IMG/VR virus record: IMGVR_UViG_3300038423_000674
Reading direction: 5' to 3' (one strand)
Origin: an uncultured virus (IMG/VR IMGVR_UViG_3300038423_000674)
Lineage: Duplodnaviria; Heunggongvirae; Uroviricota; Caudoviricetes
Length of the DNA stretch: 60,971 nt
Shown: in pieces, positions 1-9,839 of the stretch
How positions within the stretch are numbered: position 1 is the stretch's first letter
How the letters are laid out: each line of letters begins with the position of its first letter
Notes under the pieces: generated by a model
The model's database searches: none
Seen by the model: the letters and a program-made list of their open reading frames with translations, nothing else
What the model was told of the DNA's origin: nothing
Position numbers and translations under genes: made by a program

Positions 1-239
1 TCGCTGGAATAGTCCTTCAGGCAATGGGCGCTGATGCCGGTGATGCGGGAGAACTCGGCCCTGGACTTGACCGCCGCCATGATCATGACTTGCTTCCCAT
101 TGCGGAAGTCGTCGGTGCATAGCACCTTCCTCCCGATGCAGTAGGGGCAGGGGACGGGCCTCGTCAGGGGGCCGTAGGGGATGCCCGTGGCACCCTCGTA
201 CCTTCCCTTTCCATCGCATTCCGTGCAGGGCTTCTTCAT
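1..239 (-). CDS. Hypothetical protein with two CxxC pairs (runs off the window edge)
   Basis: ATG at 239 after a GAGG site; MKKPCTECDGKG...CPYCIG. Confidence 0.55.
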   Translation of the reverse strand, partial: MKKPCTECDGKGRYEGATGIPYGPLTRPVPCPYCIGRKVLCTDDFRNGKQVMIMAAVKSRAEFSRITGISAHCLKDYSS

Positions 240-258
240 GCCCGTCCCTCGTTCTTGT

Positions 259-498
259 CTAGTCTAGGAGCTCCGACAGCTTCTCGTACGTCCAGTAGAC
301 TTCCGAGTAGCCGTTCGAATGCCCGTCGTCCCACGCGATCTCGAACAGCCGGTCCTTCTTCGGGTGTAATTTCAGCCCGAACTTCTTCTCCAGGTCCGTC
401 TTGAACAGCATCCTGAGGCGGTAGTCCTCGGCCCGGTAGGCGTCCCGGGAAACGTTCTTGTATTCAAGCTTGTTTTCGTACTTCTTGAGGTCCATCAT
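259..498 (-). CDS. Hypothetical phage protein
   Basis: 79-aa ORF, AGGAAAGG upstream, GC3-rich codons. Confidence 0.7.
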   Translation of the reverse strand: MMDLKKYENKLEYKNVSRDAYRAEDYRLRMLFKTDLEKKFGLKLHPKKDRLFEIAWDDGHSNGYSEVYWTYEKLSELLD

Positions 499-560
499 CG
501 GGCGTCACCTTTCCTTTCCACCTATAGAATACACGATGCTACACGAAATTTTCGGGGAAT

Positions 561-1580
561 TCATTGTACTGTTGAAGGTGATGATGACAGATTTAGGGTA
601 GCTTTGTTCCGGAAGCACTCAGTCATCTTAAACCACTCTTCATGTGTAAAAGCATTCCCCTTACCATCGTTGCATTTCCAACAACATACCACCAAGTTAA
701 AGGCTTCATACCCCACATTGTTGTCCATCCGGTCAAGATTATAACGAGGAGAACTGCCGATGTTCAGGTTGTACATCTTCCACTCTACAGACGAATGGCA
801 ATAATGGCAATGATCCTGCTTGGTGAACTCCAAAAATTCCTCATAGGTAAGTGTAAAGCTCCGTCTTCGTTTTCTCCTCTGATTCGCTTGCAAATTGCTG
901 CTTTTGAACCAGTTATACATCGCCTCAAATGGGCGTAAACGTTGCTCTACTTTTTCCCTTTTGCGCCCACAGGCCTCACACATGGCGGGAGGGTCATTGA
1001 GAACCTTGGTCAGCTTAATATCTTTTACGAGACCACAGCACAGATACTGGCAACTGACCTGGGTTTGCCCCTTTTTATTTGGCGACGCCAGCGACAGTAC
1101 TTTTACGCCGTCATAAGTCTTTCCTATGGCCTCAGCCGCCTCCAACGCCGACTTTGCCAAAATTTGTGCCTTGTGGGCCACCGTTCCACGAACATCTCCA
1201 CACAAAGGGCAACCTTGACCATGACTTCGATGATTGTGATATAACTGAAAATAGTCTGGATGCTCGTTCTTTTTGAGAGGGCAATGAAACCAGTAACTGA
1301 CAGCATTACCCTTCCATACCTGCCCTTTAACCATATCAGGACAACGGCGTTCGGCTTCCTCGATTGTAAGTCTTTTCACATTTCCCCTCTTTATGTTCCC
1401 GCATACTGGACAACCCTTACCCTGTTGATGAACATAATAAGCTTGCTGGTAATCGGGGTGCCTGCTATCAGGGACAAGGCAGCGAAACCAATATTTGGCT
1501 GCTGCATTCTTCCATACTTGTCCCTTGATAATTTCTGGGTAACGACACTCAACTTCTTTGATGGTCAACCTTATTGGCAT
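561..1580 (-). CDS. HNH homing endonuclease with tandem zinc-ribbon repeats
   Basis: Low GC; repeats RLTIKEVECRYPEIIKGQVWK / RLTIEEAERRCPDMVKGQVWK each followed by GCPxC; C-terminal CHYC...LDRMDNNVGY...NLVVCCWKCNDGK; start placed at MPIRL after AAAGGGG. Confidence 0.8.
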   Translation of the reverse strand: MPIRLTIKEVECRYPEIIKGQVWKNAAAKYWFRCLVPDSRHPDYQQAYYVHQQGKGCPVCGNIKRGNVKRLTIEEAERRCPDMVKGQVWKGNAVSYWFHCPLKKNEHPDYFQLYHNHRSHGQGCPLCGDVRGTVAHKAQILAKSALEAAEAIGKTYDGVKVLSLASPNKKGQTQVSCQYLCCGLVKDIKLTKVLNDPPAMCEACGRKREKVEQRLRPFEAMYNWFKSSNLQANQRRKRRRSFTLTYEEFLEFTKQDHCHYCHSSVEWKMYNLNIGSSPRYNLDRMDNNVGYEAFNLVVCCWKCNDGKGNAFTHEEWFKMTECFRNKATLNLSSSPSTVQ

Positions 1581-1680
1581 ATGCCCCTTTAACTCTAAAG
1601 CCTTCCCACCTATAGTATACACCGGGATACACAAAACCTTCAAGGATTCTTCTACCGTTTCCCTAAGCAGGAGAGCAAGG

Positions 1681-2991
1681 ATGGTGACGGAGCTGCTCGT
1701 CCTCAATTCGAGCTACGTCGGGAGCCGAGACCTCTGGTGGGTCGACGACCCCGAGGCCACGCAGGGCTACCACGTCTATCGGGCCCACGACTACCCGGCG
1801 AACTGGCGGAAGCTCAACCCCGGCGCATGGAAGGGGCATTTCTGGAGGGACCAGGCGGCCCTGGAGGAAGTCCAATACCAGGTCCAGGACTCGGACTGGG
1901 TGGACAGGGGGAAACTGGGCAAGTGGGGGTTCAGGCTTCCGGACGCCCCCTATTCCGACGTCGTGGCGGCGAGGCCCGTCCTGGCCACCAGCCCCGACGA
2001 CGTGTCCGTGACGGTCACCGACATATCCAACGTGTCCACGACCTTGAGGCCGGTGGCCGTCGTCCCCCTGGACCAGACCGTCTGGCTGCCGGCCGACAAC
2101 TCCCTGCCCGCTGGCGGGGCGGTGAGCGACCAGGCCGAAGTCCATACGGACGACGTCAACAAGGTCAACTATTCTGCCATCCAGAGCTTCGTCGTCGCCT
2201 ACAAGCGGCTGGCCAACTACGTCGACATCTACGCCGCGATGGACAGGACCTTCTACACCATCGTAAGCGTCGGGGACCACGGGGAACTGCACCCCCCGGG
2301 GGCCAAGGGGACCAAGGTCGTCAACACCATGGAGGTGGACGCCGTCACCTGGGAGTACGCCGAGATGGTCAACCGCAACCAGTGGATCTTCGAGCAGGTG
2401 GGGGAGCCCGCCTACCTCCTGTTCCGCAGGACCAGGGGGGAGCCGTGCGGGTGCGTCCGGCCGCAGGCCGGGCTGGGGGCCCCGAGGCACGGGTGCAAGT
2501 CCTGCTTCGAGACGGGCATAGCCGGGGGCTACTACGGCCCCTACGACGTGCTGTACGTGCCCCCCGACACCGCCCTGGTCAGGGAGCTGGACGAGGGGGG
2601 CGGCATCAAGGCCACCAGGGAGAGCCGCAGCTACCTCACCAACACCCCCATCGTCCAGGACGGCGACCTGATCGTGCGGCGCAACGGGGAGCGCCTCGTG
2701 ATACACGGCGCGACGTACAAGAAGCCGAGGGGCATCCTGCTCCAGCAGGACTTCGGGACGGAGCTGCTCAAGCCGGGCGACACCCGCTACCTCATCCCGC
2801 TGAACACCGGCCTGCCCACCCTCTACAACCCCGTGATCCGGGACAACCCGTTCCAGGGCGTCGGGCCGAACGACCTCAGGGGCGACGGGGAGCCGGTCTT
2901 CGACGCGAGGGAGCAGCCGGACAAGCCCTGGGAGAACGACGTCAAGGTGCCCATCGGCAGGACGATGGCATTCGGAAGGATAGAGGCGTAA
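1681..2991 (+). CDS. Probable virion head-closure or neck-type structural protein
   Basis: ATG after AGGAGAG; CGC...CKSCFETGIAGGY motif of the kind seen in large-phage neck proteins; candidate late-promoter motif upstream. Confidence 0.55.
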   Translation: MVTELLVLNSSYVGSRDLWWVDDPEATQGYHVYRAHDYPANWRKLNPGAWKGHFWRDQAALEEVQYQVQDSDWVDRGKLGKWGFRLPDAPYSDVVAARPVLATSPDDVSVTVTDISNVSTTLRPVAVVPLDQTVWLPADNSLPAGGAVSDQAEVHTDDVNKVNYSAIQSFVVAYKRLANYVDIYAAMDRTFYTIVSVGDHGELHPPGAKGTKVVNTMEVDAVTWEYAEMVNRNQWIFEQVGEPAYLLFRRTRGEPCGCVRPQAGLGAPRHGCKSCFETGIAGGYYGPYDVLYVPPDTALVRELDEGGGIKATRESRSYLTNTPIVQDGDLIVRRNGERLVIHGATYKKPRGILLQQDFGTELLKPGDTRYLIPLNTGLPTLYNPVIRDNPFQGVGPNDLRGDGEPVFDAREQPDKPWENDVKVPIGRTMAFGRIEA

Positions 2992-2992
2992 A

Positions 2993-3193
2993 ATGGAGTA
3001 TGTCTGCCCGATATGCAAGGGGGGGATGAAGACGAGGGAGTACGACGGCTTCCGCCAGGGCGGGATGGACTCAATCGAATGCCCGGCCCCGGGGTGCGGG
3101 TACTTCGACTACTTCGACCCGGGCGACCCCGTGGTGCTCGACTACTACCGGCCGGGAAGCCCCAGGTTCCACAGGTTCGAGGCCCGCGCATGA
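2993..3193 (+). CDS. Small zinc-ribbon protein
   Basis: CPIC...CPAPGC; stop overlaps the next ATG (ATGA). Confidence 0.65.
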   Translation: MEYVCPICKGGMKTREYDGFRQGGMDSIECPAPGCGYFDYFDPGDPVVLDYYRPGSPRFHRFEARA

Positions 3194-4923
3194 GGTACCT
3201 CTACCATTGCACCCCCGCCGACCGGATGCCCAGCATCCGGAAGACCGGCCTCCAGCCTTCGGAGGACTCGCACTGGGGAGGGGAGTTCGAGGCATCGTCG
3301 CTCGGGAGGGTGTTCCTTGCCGACACACCGGAGCATGCCTACTATTTCGGGGAGATCATCTTTCGGGAAAACCTGCGGGACCTCGGGATGGCATTCCCGC
3401 CGGTCGTCCTCAGGACAAGGGCCCCCCGGGATGCCGTCAGGAGCACCGAGGACGAGCACGAATTTTCCGTGGAAAGGGAAATCCCCCCGCAGGAGGTCGA
3501 CGTCCTGTGGCACGGCTGGAAGCCCATAGGGAGCGCGACGCCCGGCTGGGAGGACATGGGATACAGGCTGAACGATGACGAGGGCGTCTACGAGGACTGG
3601 GAGGGCACCCCCTTCGACAGCATGGAGGAGGTGCTTGCGGACGCCAAGGGCACCTTCCTGTCCCCCGCCTCGGGATTCCAGCAGAAGGGCGGCCTCATGC
3701 CGAAGAACTCCGCGAACGGACAAGGCAAGGCAAAAGTCATCGTGGCGGTAACGCATTCCAGGGTCCTCCTGGCCATGCCGTGCATCCTGTCCGACGGCGA
3801 CCCCAGGACCATCCCGCAGGTCGGGGGGGCCAAGGTGGGGGAGATCCTGGAGGTCCAGAAGAACGGGGGGAAGTGGGTCATGAGGACGTTCCAGGAGGCC
3901 TCCGACCTGGGGGAGGAGGACGGCTACGGGACGAGGCCCACCGTGTTCTTCGTGCGGCACGGGCACACGCCCTTCAACTCCACGACCGGGGACTCCCTGG
4001 ACGGAAAGATCAGGGGGTACCTCGACATACCCCTGGACGACGAGGGAAGGAAGCAGGCCGCGGAGGTGGCGGAGAAGTTCGAGGGCATGTCCGTCTCGGA
4101 GCTATGGTCGTCGGACCTGGGAAGGGCGACGGAGACCGCCAAGGAGATATCGGAGGTCACGGGAAGGCCGGTGCGCCCCACGAAGGCCCTGCGTCCCTGC
4201 GACTGGGGGGACATGAACGGCAAGGTGGTCAGGGACTGCATCAAGAAGATGGAGGAGCTGCAGGAAAGCCTGGACGTCCCCGCCCCGGGGGGCGAGGCGT
4301 TCGGGGGGTTCTACCGGAGGGCCAAGCAGGGGGTCGAGATGCTCCTGGCCAGGGCGGAGGGCGGGACGGAAACCGACTACCCAAGCCTTAAGGGAGGGAT
4401 CAGCATGGACGCAAAAGAGCTTAGCGAGGATTTGGCAAAGACGGCCGGGATACTGTGCGAGATGGAGCCGAACGCCGACCAGGGGCTCCAGGCCATCGTG
4501 GGGGACCCGGACGACGTGCGGACGTCGACCTTCGCCCAGTTCAATCCCAACCCCGGCACGATGCAGCTCCCCAACCCCCTGTCCCCCGTGGAGGGCGACG
4601 ACATCTTCTTTACCTACATGATCCCCGGCGCGAAGTTCCAGGCGCACGACGGAACCCAATGGAACATCATGACCTACGGTGCCCCGGACCAGATCGAGAT
4701 CGAGAACGTATGGTATCCCCGGGAGCACGCAATCGTAGCCATAGGGGACATCCGGCGCAGCATCGACCAATGGATCGAACCCGTGCAGCAGTACGTCCCG
4801 GCCCCGCCTCCGGGAGTGGACTACTCCTCCCTGCCCGTCAAGGTGATGGACAAGGACGACAACCTGGGGGACATCGACCAGAGGACGGATACGGGAACGT
4901 CCACCCAGACCGGCGGGTGGTAG
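3190..4923 (+). CDS. Multidomain protein: Tpt1/KptA-like ADP-ribosyltransferase fold, circularly permuted histidine phosphatase, and a C-terminal domain with a likely internal start at 4405
   Basis: LYHCT...SIRKTGLQP...VFLA...VVLR...IPP (ART); FVRHGHT...SSDLGRATETA...GEAF (histidine phosphatase). Confidence 0.7.
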   Translation: MRYLYHCTPADRMPSIRKTGLQPSEDSHWGGEFEASSLGRVFLADTPEHAYYFGEIIFRENLRDLGMAFPPVVLRTRAPRDAVRSTEDEHEFSVEREIPPQEVDVLWHGWKPIGSATPGWEDMGYRLNDDEGVYEDWEGTPFDSMEEVLADAKGTFLSPASGFQQKGGLMPKNSANGQGKAKVIVAVTHSRVLLAMPCILSDGDPRTIPQVGGAKVGEILEVQKNGGKWVMRTFQEASDLGEEDGYGTRPTVFFVRHGHTPFNSTTGDSLDGKIRGYLDIPLDDEGRKQAAEVAEKFEGMSVSELWSSDLGRATETAKEISEVTGRPVRPTKALRPCDWGDMNGKVVRDCIKKMEELQESLDVPAPGGEAFGGFYRRAKQGVEMLLARAEGGTETDYPSLKGGISMDAKELSEDLAKTAGILCEMEPNADQGLQAIVGDPDDVRTSTFAQFNPNPGTMQLPNPLSPVEGDDIFFTYMIPGAKFQAHDGTQWNIMTYGAPDQIEIENVWYPREHAIVAIGDIRRSIDQWIEPVQQYVPAPPPGVDYSSLPVKVMDKDDNLGDIDQRTDTGTSTQTGGW

Positions 4924-4939
4924 GAAAGGAAGGATCACC

Positions 4940-5170
4940 ATGCTGCTATTGCTCATCATCCTCATCCTGTTGTTCGGCGGGGGCTTCGGCTACTACGGAT
5001 GGGGCCCGGGCCCCAACGGGCCGAGGTACGGCTACGGCTACGGCGGGGGCTTCGGGCTGATACTGCTCATCATCCTGCTGTGGCTTTTGCTCGGCAACAC
5101 GTCGAGCTGCAACGGACGGCGCATCACCATAGGCTCCAACGCGGGCAGCGCCACGACGGCGCTCGTCTAG
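4940..5170 (+). CDS. Small Gly-rich membrane protein (DUF3309-like)
   Basis: LLIILILLFGGGFGYYGW...GGGFGLILLIILLWLLLG. Confidence 0.6.
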   Translation: MLLLLIILILLFGGGFGYYGWGPGPNGPRYGYGYGGGFGLILLIILLWLLLGNTSSCNGRRITIGSNAGSATTALV

Positions 5171-5203
5171 GCGGCCTGCCTGGGGACTCGAAGGAGGCTC
5201 GAC

Positions 5204-5371
5204 ATGACGGCCATATTGCTCAGCGTATTCATAGCCCTGGTGGGGCTCTTGATATACGGCTTTACCAGGAACGCCAAGCTGGGATGGGTCGGCCAGACGA
5301 TGTTTTGGTGCGGCCTCCTGGTCAGCCTGCTGAAGTTCCAGGACACCATGATCCACTTCGGGGGCCGGTAG
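5204..5371 (+). CDS. Small two-TM membrane protein
   Basis: AGGAGG RBS; MTAILLSVFIALVGLLIYG...; 55 aa, below the ORF-track cutoff. Confidence 0.6.
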   Translation: MTAILLSVFIALVGLLIYGFTRNAKLGWVGQTMFWCGLLVSLLKFQDTMIHFGGR

Positions 5372-5426
5372 AAAAACCTGGCCGAATCCAGTATTATCCC
5401 ACGACAGAAAGGCACGGAGGTGCACA

Positions 5427-5597
5427 ATGGTGGTAACAGTTGGAGTGGGAGCAGTCTGCCTGGTCGTGGGGTTCGCCTGCGGCCGGATCAAGAACGCCAA
5501 GAAGCTGGCGGCCGTCAAGGCGTACGCAACAGAGGCGGAAGCAAACTTCGAGACGGACGGCAAGAAAATCGTCGCCGCCATCAAGGCGAAGCTGTAG
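5427..5597 (+). CDS. Small membrane-anchored protein
   Basis: GGAGG RBS; MVVTVGVGAVCLVVGFACGRIK...; 56 aa. Confidence 0.6.
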   Translation: MVVTVGVGAVCLVVGFACGRIKNAKKLAAVKAYATEAEANFETDGKKIVAAIKAKL

Positions 5598-5656
5598 GAA
5601 GGCCAACGAGCCCCCGGCACGGTTCCCGCCTATGCATTCCTAAGTAGGAGGAAGCC

Positions 5657-7255
5657 GTGCTGGATCTTACGGGTGCATCACTAATTTCCTACCTTCGCAG
5701 GATCATCGAGGATGCGATAAGCCGCAGTCCGCGCTTCAGGCGCACCCTCGGGAAGGTCACCACCCAGTACAGCAACATCCTCCAGTTCCAGGACGCCCAG
5801 GTCACCATCAAGGACGTGGCCTCGGCGGGAAACCGCCTCTCGCCCGACTACTTCCTGTGTAAGACGTACGGCAGGGCCATCCTGGCCAAGGTCCAGGACC
5901 ACGAGGGGCAGTTCGTGGAATGGCTCCAGGAGATAGACCCGACGAGGGCCACTCCGCCGCCCGGGGTCTACTACCTGAACGTGGACTCGGTGGACGAGCA
6001 GACCAACGACGTGAGGCTGGGCGTCCAGACCTACCAGTGGACGGAGGGCAAGGTGGTGAACGCCCAGGGGTCCGTGGCGTACCTGGCCCCCTGGGTGGAC
6101 GGGACCGCTCTCGAAGCAAGCATCCCCGGCTCCCCGCCCGTGATCCTGACGACGGCGGTGGGGACGGGCGACGACCCGCCGGACGTGGACGTCCTGCTCT
6201 TCTCCCGTTTCCTTTACCTCCTGACCCCCACCCCGGCGGGCCTGGAGCTATGCACGCTGGGCTCCCCGCCCGTCGCCCTCGTCCCCATGCAGGACTACTG
6301 GTACCAGCAAAAGGCAAACGTAATCATCGTCCAGAGCACCGTGGGAGGAAAGGAGGTGGCGAACCTCCCAGGCGACTTCCTGTCCTTCGTCCTGGTGGAC
6401 CAGACGGGATACGAGCTCCGGCCCGGGATAGACTACACGTGGTACGCCACGAACGGATGGATAGAGCTTTCGCAATGGACCCCGCCGGGCCAGACCGTCA
6501 TAGCCCGCCTGACGGTCAAGGCCGACCCCTCGACGGTGCCGGGGACCAATCCCGAGAACGTACTGGCCATGAACCTGGGGCCGGGGAAAACGCCCGCCCA
6601 GGTGTTCATCCACACGCAGTCCGCGACCTACACCAGCGTCTCGCCGGAGCCGGACGGGACCGTCGTCCTCCCCGTCCTCCTGACGCCGGGGCAGTCGTGC
6701 CGCTGGGAGGCCAGGACGGACGGGGGGGAGCGCCGGGCCACGGCGAAGAAGTTCAACCTGAACGACAACGTCGTCATGCCGGGTCTCAGGGTGGCGATAG
6801 GGGACAACGTGACCGTGGGGGACCAGGTGGCGGTGATCGTGTCGCCCCAGGTCTGCGAAACCTACGAGGTGTACGGGTCCAAGGATAACCTGGACTTCAC
6901 CATCGACGTGAGGTCCAACGACCTCCAGACGTCGTCCGACCTGAGCGAGATGCTCAAGCAGCAGCTCCTGGTGATGCGCCGGACCAACATGGAGGCGGAC
7001 GGGGTGACGATCTTCGAGGCAAGGCGGACCTACCACGGCACCCAGCGCGACGCCTCGGGCACCGCCCCGCAGTTCGTCTACACGATAGGGATAACGGCCA
7101 TGGCGGACTGGAAGGTGTTCGTCCCCCTCGTCACCCGTTTGATGCACCTGGAGATAACGGAGTCCGCCTACGCCTACGCCCCGACCGGGAGGCTGAGCCT
7201 CCAGCCCAGGACCAGGGCCTTCGGCGTTACAAAATTTATCCAATCATATTCATAG
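5657..7255 (+). CDS. Virion structural protein (tail-completion or neck-like)
   Basis: GTG after AGGAGG; beta-rich; C-terminal FTIDVRSND..SDLSEML pattern resembling tail-terminator folds. Confidence 0.55.
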   Translation: MLDLTGASLISYLRRIIEDAISRSPRFRRTLGKVTTQYSNILQFQDAQVTIKDVASAGNRLSPDYFLCKTYGRAILAKVQDHEGQFVEWLQEIDPTRATPPPGVYYLNVDSVDEQTNDVRLGVQTYQWTEGKVVNAQGSVAYLAPWVDGTALEASIPGSPPVILTTAVGTGDDPPDVDVLLFSRFLYLLTPTPAGLELCTLGSPPVALVPMQDYWYQQKANVIIVQSTVGGKEVANLPGDFLSFVLVDQTGYELRPGIDYTWYATNGWIELSQWTPPGQTVIARLTVKADPSTVPGTNPENVLAMNLGPGKTPAQVFIHTQSATYTSVSPEPDGTVVLPVLLTPGQSCRWEARTDGGERRATAKKFNLNDNVVMPGLRVAIGDNVTVGDQVAVIVSPQVCETYEVYGSKDNLDFTIDVRSNDLQTSSDLSEMLKQQLLVMRRTNMEADGVTIFEARRTYHGTQRDASGTAPQFVYTIGITAMADWKVFVPLVTRLMHLEITESAYAYAPTGRLSLQPRTRAFGVTKFIQSYS

Positions 7256-7291
7256 AAAAACAACTTCCTCTTGCTTAAACAGGAGGGAGTT

Positions 7292-8200
7292 ATGTTCATC
7301 TACCTCATCGTCAACCGCGAGACCGGGAAGTACTACATCGGTCAGCACAAAGGCAACAACCTAAAGAAGTACCTCCAGCAGAAGTTCCACCATGCCCAAA
7401 GAGGGATATCCGAGAACTCCCGCTTGTTCCGTTCAATGAGGGCACATCCCGATCCCTCCATCTGGTCCATCCACGCCCTCCGTTCCGACATCCAGACAAG
7501 GGAGGAGCTCGACCAGATCGAGCGAGATTTCATCAAATTCCTCAAAGCACAGGACCCCGGATACGGCTACAACATCTGCCGGGGAGGAGAGGGGTTCACG
7601 GGGCCGCATACGGAGGAGACCAAGAAAAAATTATCGGCTTCCATCAGAGAAGGCATGTCAACAACCGCATACCGCCAAAAAAGGTCCCGTCTTTCAAGAG
7701 AGATGTGGCAACGACCGGGGTATAGGGAAGACCACATTACGAAAATGAAAGAGACACTCGCCAGTCCTGATAAGCGTGCCGAAAAAGCTAGGATCAGCAA
7801 AGAACTATGGCTCAATAATCAGGAGAGAAGGGCTAAGCAATCGCAATTTGATAGAATAGCGTGGTCCGATCCCGAGAAGCGTGCCAAAAGAATTGATGCC
7901 ATAAAGAAAGGCCACGCCAACCCTACCACCCGTGCCAAATGCAGTGAGGCCTCTCGACAAAGATGGCTAGACCCAGCATGTCGTGTCAGAATGACACAAA
8001 GCAGAAAATCCCGACGAATTGACTTGGCTGGGCGGAGTTTTGGGCTATGGAAGGTGCTGCATTTTGCGGGAACGATGGGTAAAGAGTCAATGTGGTGGGC
8101 GGAATGCCAAGGCGGGTGTCGAATTCAAAAAGCCGTCGCTGGCAGTTCGTTGAGGGGTGGCACTTCAAGAAGCTGCGGGTATGCTTGGCTTCATCCTTAG
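7292..8200 (+). CDS. GIY-YIG homing endonuclease
   Basis: MFIYLIVN...YYIGQ...E..FI...GYNICRGGEGF; NUMOD-like helical repeats; low-GC C-terminus. Confidence 0.88.
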   Translation: MFIYLIVNRETGKYYIGQHKGNNLKKYLQQKFHHAQRGISENSRLFRSMRAHPDPSIWSIHALRSDIQTREELDQIERDFIKFLKAQDPGYGYNICRGGEGFTGPHTEETKKKLSASIREGMSTTAYRQKRSRLSREMWQRPGYREDHITKMKETLASPDKRAEKARISKELWLNNQERRAKQSQFDRIAWSDPEKRAKRIDAIKKGHANPTTRAKCSEASRQRWLDPACRVRMTQSRKSRRIDLAGRSFGLWKVLHFAGTMGKESMWWAECQGGCRIQKAVAGSSLRGGTSRSCGYAWLHP

Positions 8201-8203
8201 CCC

Positions 8204-8407
8204 CTATTCCAGGAACTCCAGGAGCACCTTCTCGGCCTCCTCGACGGTGGGATAGCCGAACAGGGGGGTGGCGGACCTCAGCGCCGCCCATTCCTTGCCC
8301 GACTCCTTGCCCACTTGGAGCTCGATGCTCTTCCTGACCTGGTCCCCGACGAGGAACTCGGCAAGCCTCTTGATGAATATCCTCTTTCTCTCCACTTTGC
8401 TGGACAT
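8204..8407 (-). CDS. Hypothetical protein
   Basis: 67-aa ORF with AGGA RBS. Confidence 0.65.
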   Translation of the reverse strand: MSSKVERKRIFIKRLAEFLVGDQVRKSIELQVGKESGKEWAALRSATPLFGYPTVEEAEKVLLEFLE

Positions 8408-8437
8408 GTCCGTTCCTTTCCGCTTCAGGAAGGAATG

Positions 8438-8650
8438 CTAGATTCCACTTCCGGCCTCTGCCTTTGCTTCTTCCTTTGCCTCGTCCTTGGCATTGGCGAG
8501 GCAGTTTTCGCAGGGGTCTATGTTGAGCCTCCGGTTGAAGCTGTTGTAGTGCCTGGTTTCCTCGAACTCCCCGTCCAGTATGGCGTCGCACTTGGCGCAC
8601 CGGAGGTCGATGTCCAGCTCCACCTCTGCGTGCTCGGTCTTGATCGTCAT
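8438..8650 (-). CDS. Small zinc-finger protein
   Basis: CAKC...CENC; ATGA overlap with the upstream gene. Confidence 0.65.
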   Translation of the reverse strand: MTIKTEHAEVELDIDLRCAKCDAILDGEFEETRHYNSFNRRLNIDPCENCLANAKDEAKEEAKAEAGSGI

Positions 8651-9261
8651 GGTCCCCCCTCTTCACAATATTTCCTTGCGACCTCCCTGCCGAACGCCTC
8701 GTCCAACCTCCTGAGGTAGGCGAGGGTCTTTATCTTCGCCATCCACCCGTCGCCCTTGGCCACGACCCCCTCGACGACCGGGTAGGCCCCGTTGCGGACG
8801 TCGTTGATGAACTGCCTCCCCATGTTCCCCTGGTAGACAACCTCGGCGGCAAAGGGCAGGCCGCCGAAGGTCTCGACGAATTGCCGGGGGGCCATGATGC
8901 CCCGCTTGTAGAGGCATACGTCGATGAGCCTGAGCTCCTTCGGCTCGTCCAGCTTGTGGATGCCCGCGAACGACGAGGGGCCGAAGAACTCGGTGAATGC
9001 CGTGACGCGCTGGACGCCCCACTCCGCCTCCCGGCACCTGCGGACCACCTCGTCCCCCATGCCGCCGAGGAACAGGGGGATGGCCTGCCCATAGAGGGGG
9101 TCGGAGGCATCGAACAGCTCGGTCCGGGTGCCGAACTTGTGCCATCCCCGCTTGGAGGACCACTCCCACCGGAGGTTGGAGCCGTCGTACTTGACGAAGG
9201 CTATGCACGGCACTCCCAGCGGGGCGCGGGCGCTGCCCGGTATCTCGGGGTACTGCTTCAC
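8647..9261 (-). CDS. RNA ligase-like (Rnl2-type adenylation domain) protein
   Basis: Y-P-x-I near the start; KYDGSN motif I; EFFG; EGVVAKG; MAKIK; GTG overlapping the upstream TGA. Confidence 0.72.
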   Translation of the reverse strand: MKQYPEIPGSARAPLGVPCIAFVKYDGSNLRWEWSSKRGWHKFGTRTELFDASDPLYGQAIPLFLGGMGDEVVRRCREAEWGVQRVTAFTEFFGPSSFAGIHKLDEPKELRLIDVCLYKRGIMAPRQFVETFGGLPFAAEVVYQGNMGRQFINDVRNGAYPVVEGVVAKGDGWMAKIKTLAYLRRLDEAFGREVARKYCEEGGP

Positions 9262-9809
9262 GAGAGCACCACGATGCACGCCACTACCACCAGGACGATC
9301 ATGAATATGCTGAGGAAAACCCCGCTCATGGTCCTTGCGTCGCCGGAAGCAAACTTGTAGGCGGGATGGTCGGCGTACGTCTTCTTCCTGGAGTACCATG
9401 GCCCCTCCACGGTGGCGAGCACCCGGTACCCTATGAACAACCGCTTGTAGAGATGGAACCACACGCCCAGCCCTATTATCAGGAACGGAATGCCGAGGCC
9501 GATGCGGAGTGCGTCCCCCCCGATTATCTTCCAGGCGATCATCACCATGACGAAGGTCCCCACCCTGGTCGCCCCGAACTTGTTTGTCGTGTCCACCACG
9601 GCGTCGAGGCCTTCCTTCGTGGCGATGCCGATCTCCTTGCCGATGCCTATCCATTGGTTGAACTCGGCCGGTGCCTGGTGCGCAAGCCCCTCCGCCGAGA
9701 CGTACCGCTTCGGGACCGTCACCAGGGTGTCCAGGTCGTTGGCTCCCTGCGGGAACGCCATGGCGGCGGCCAGCAGGACGAGAATCGGGAACAGAAACAG
9801 CGTTTTCAT
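9258..9809 (-). CDS. Membrane protein with signal peptide
   Basis: N-terminal signal-like segment plus three hydrophobic stretches; GAGGAG RBS. Confidence 0.65.
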   Translation of the reverse strand: MKTLFLFPILVLLAAAMAFPQGANDLDTLVTVPKRYVSAEGLAHQAPAEFNQWIGIGKEIGIATKEGLDAVVDTTNKFGATRVGTFVMVMIAWKIIGGDALRIGLGIPFLIIGLGVWFHLYKRLFIGYRVLATVEGPWYSRKKTYADHPAYKFASGDARTMSGVFLSIFMIVLVVVACIVVLS

Positions 9810-9839
9810 TGGTTTTCTCCTCTCCGTTTTTTCCATGTG

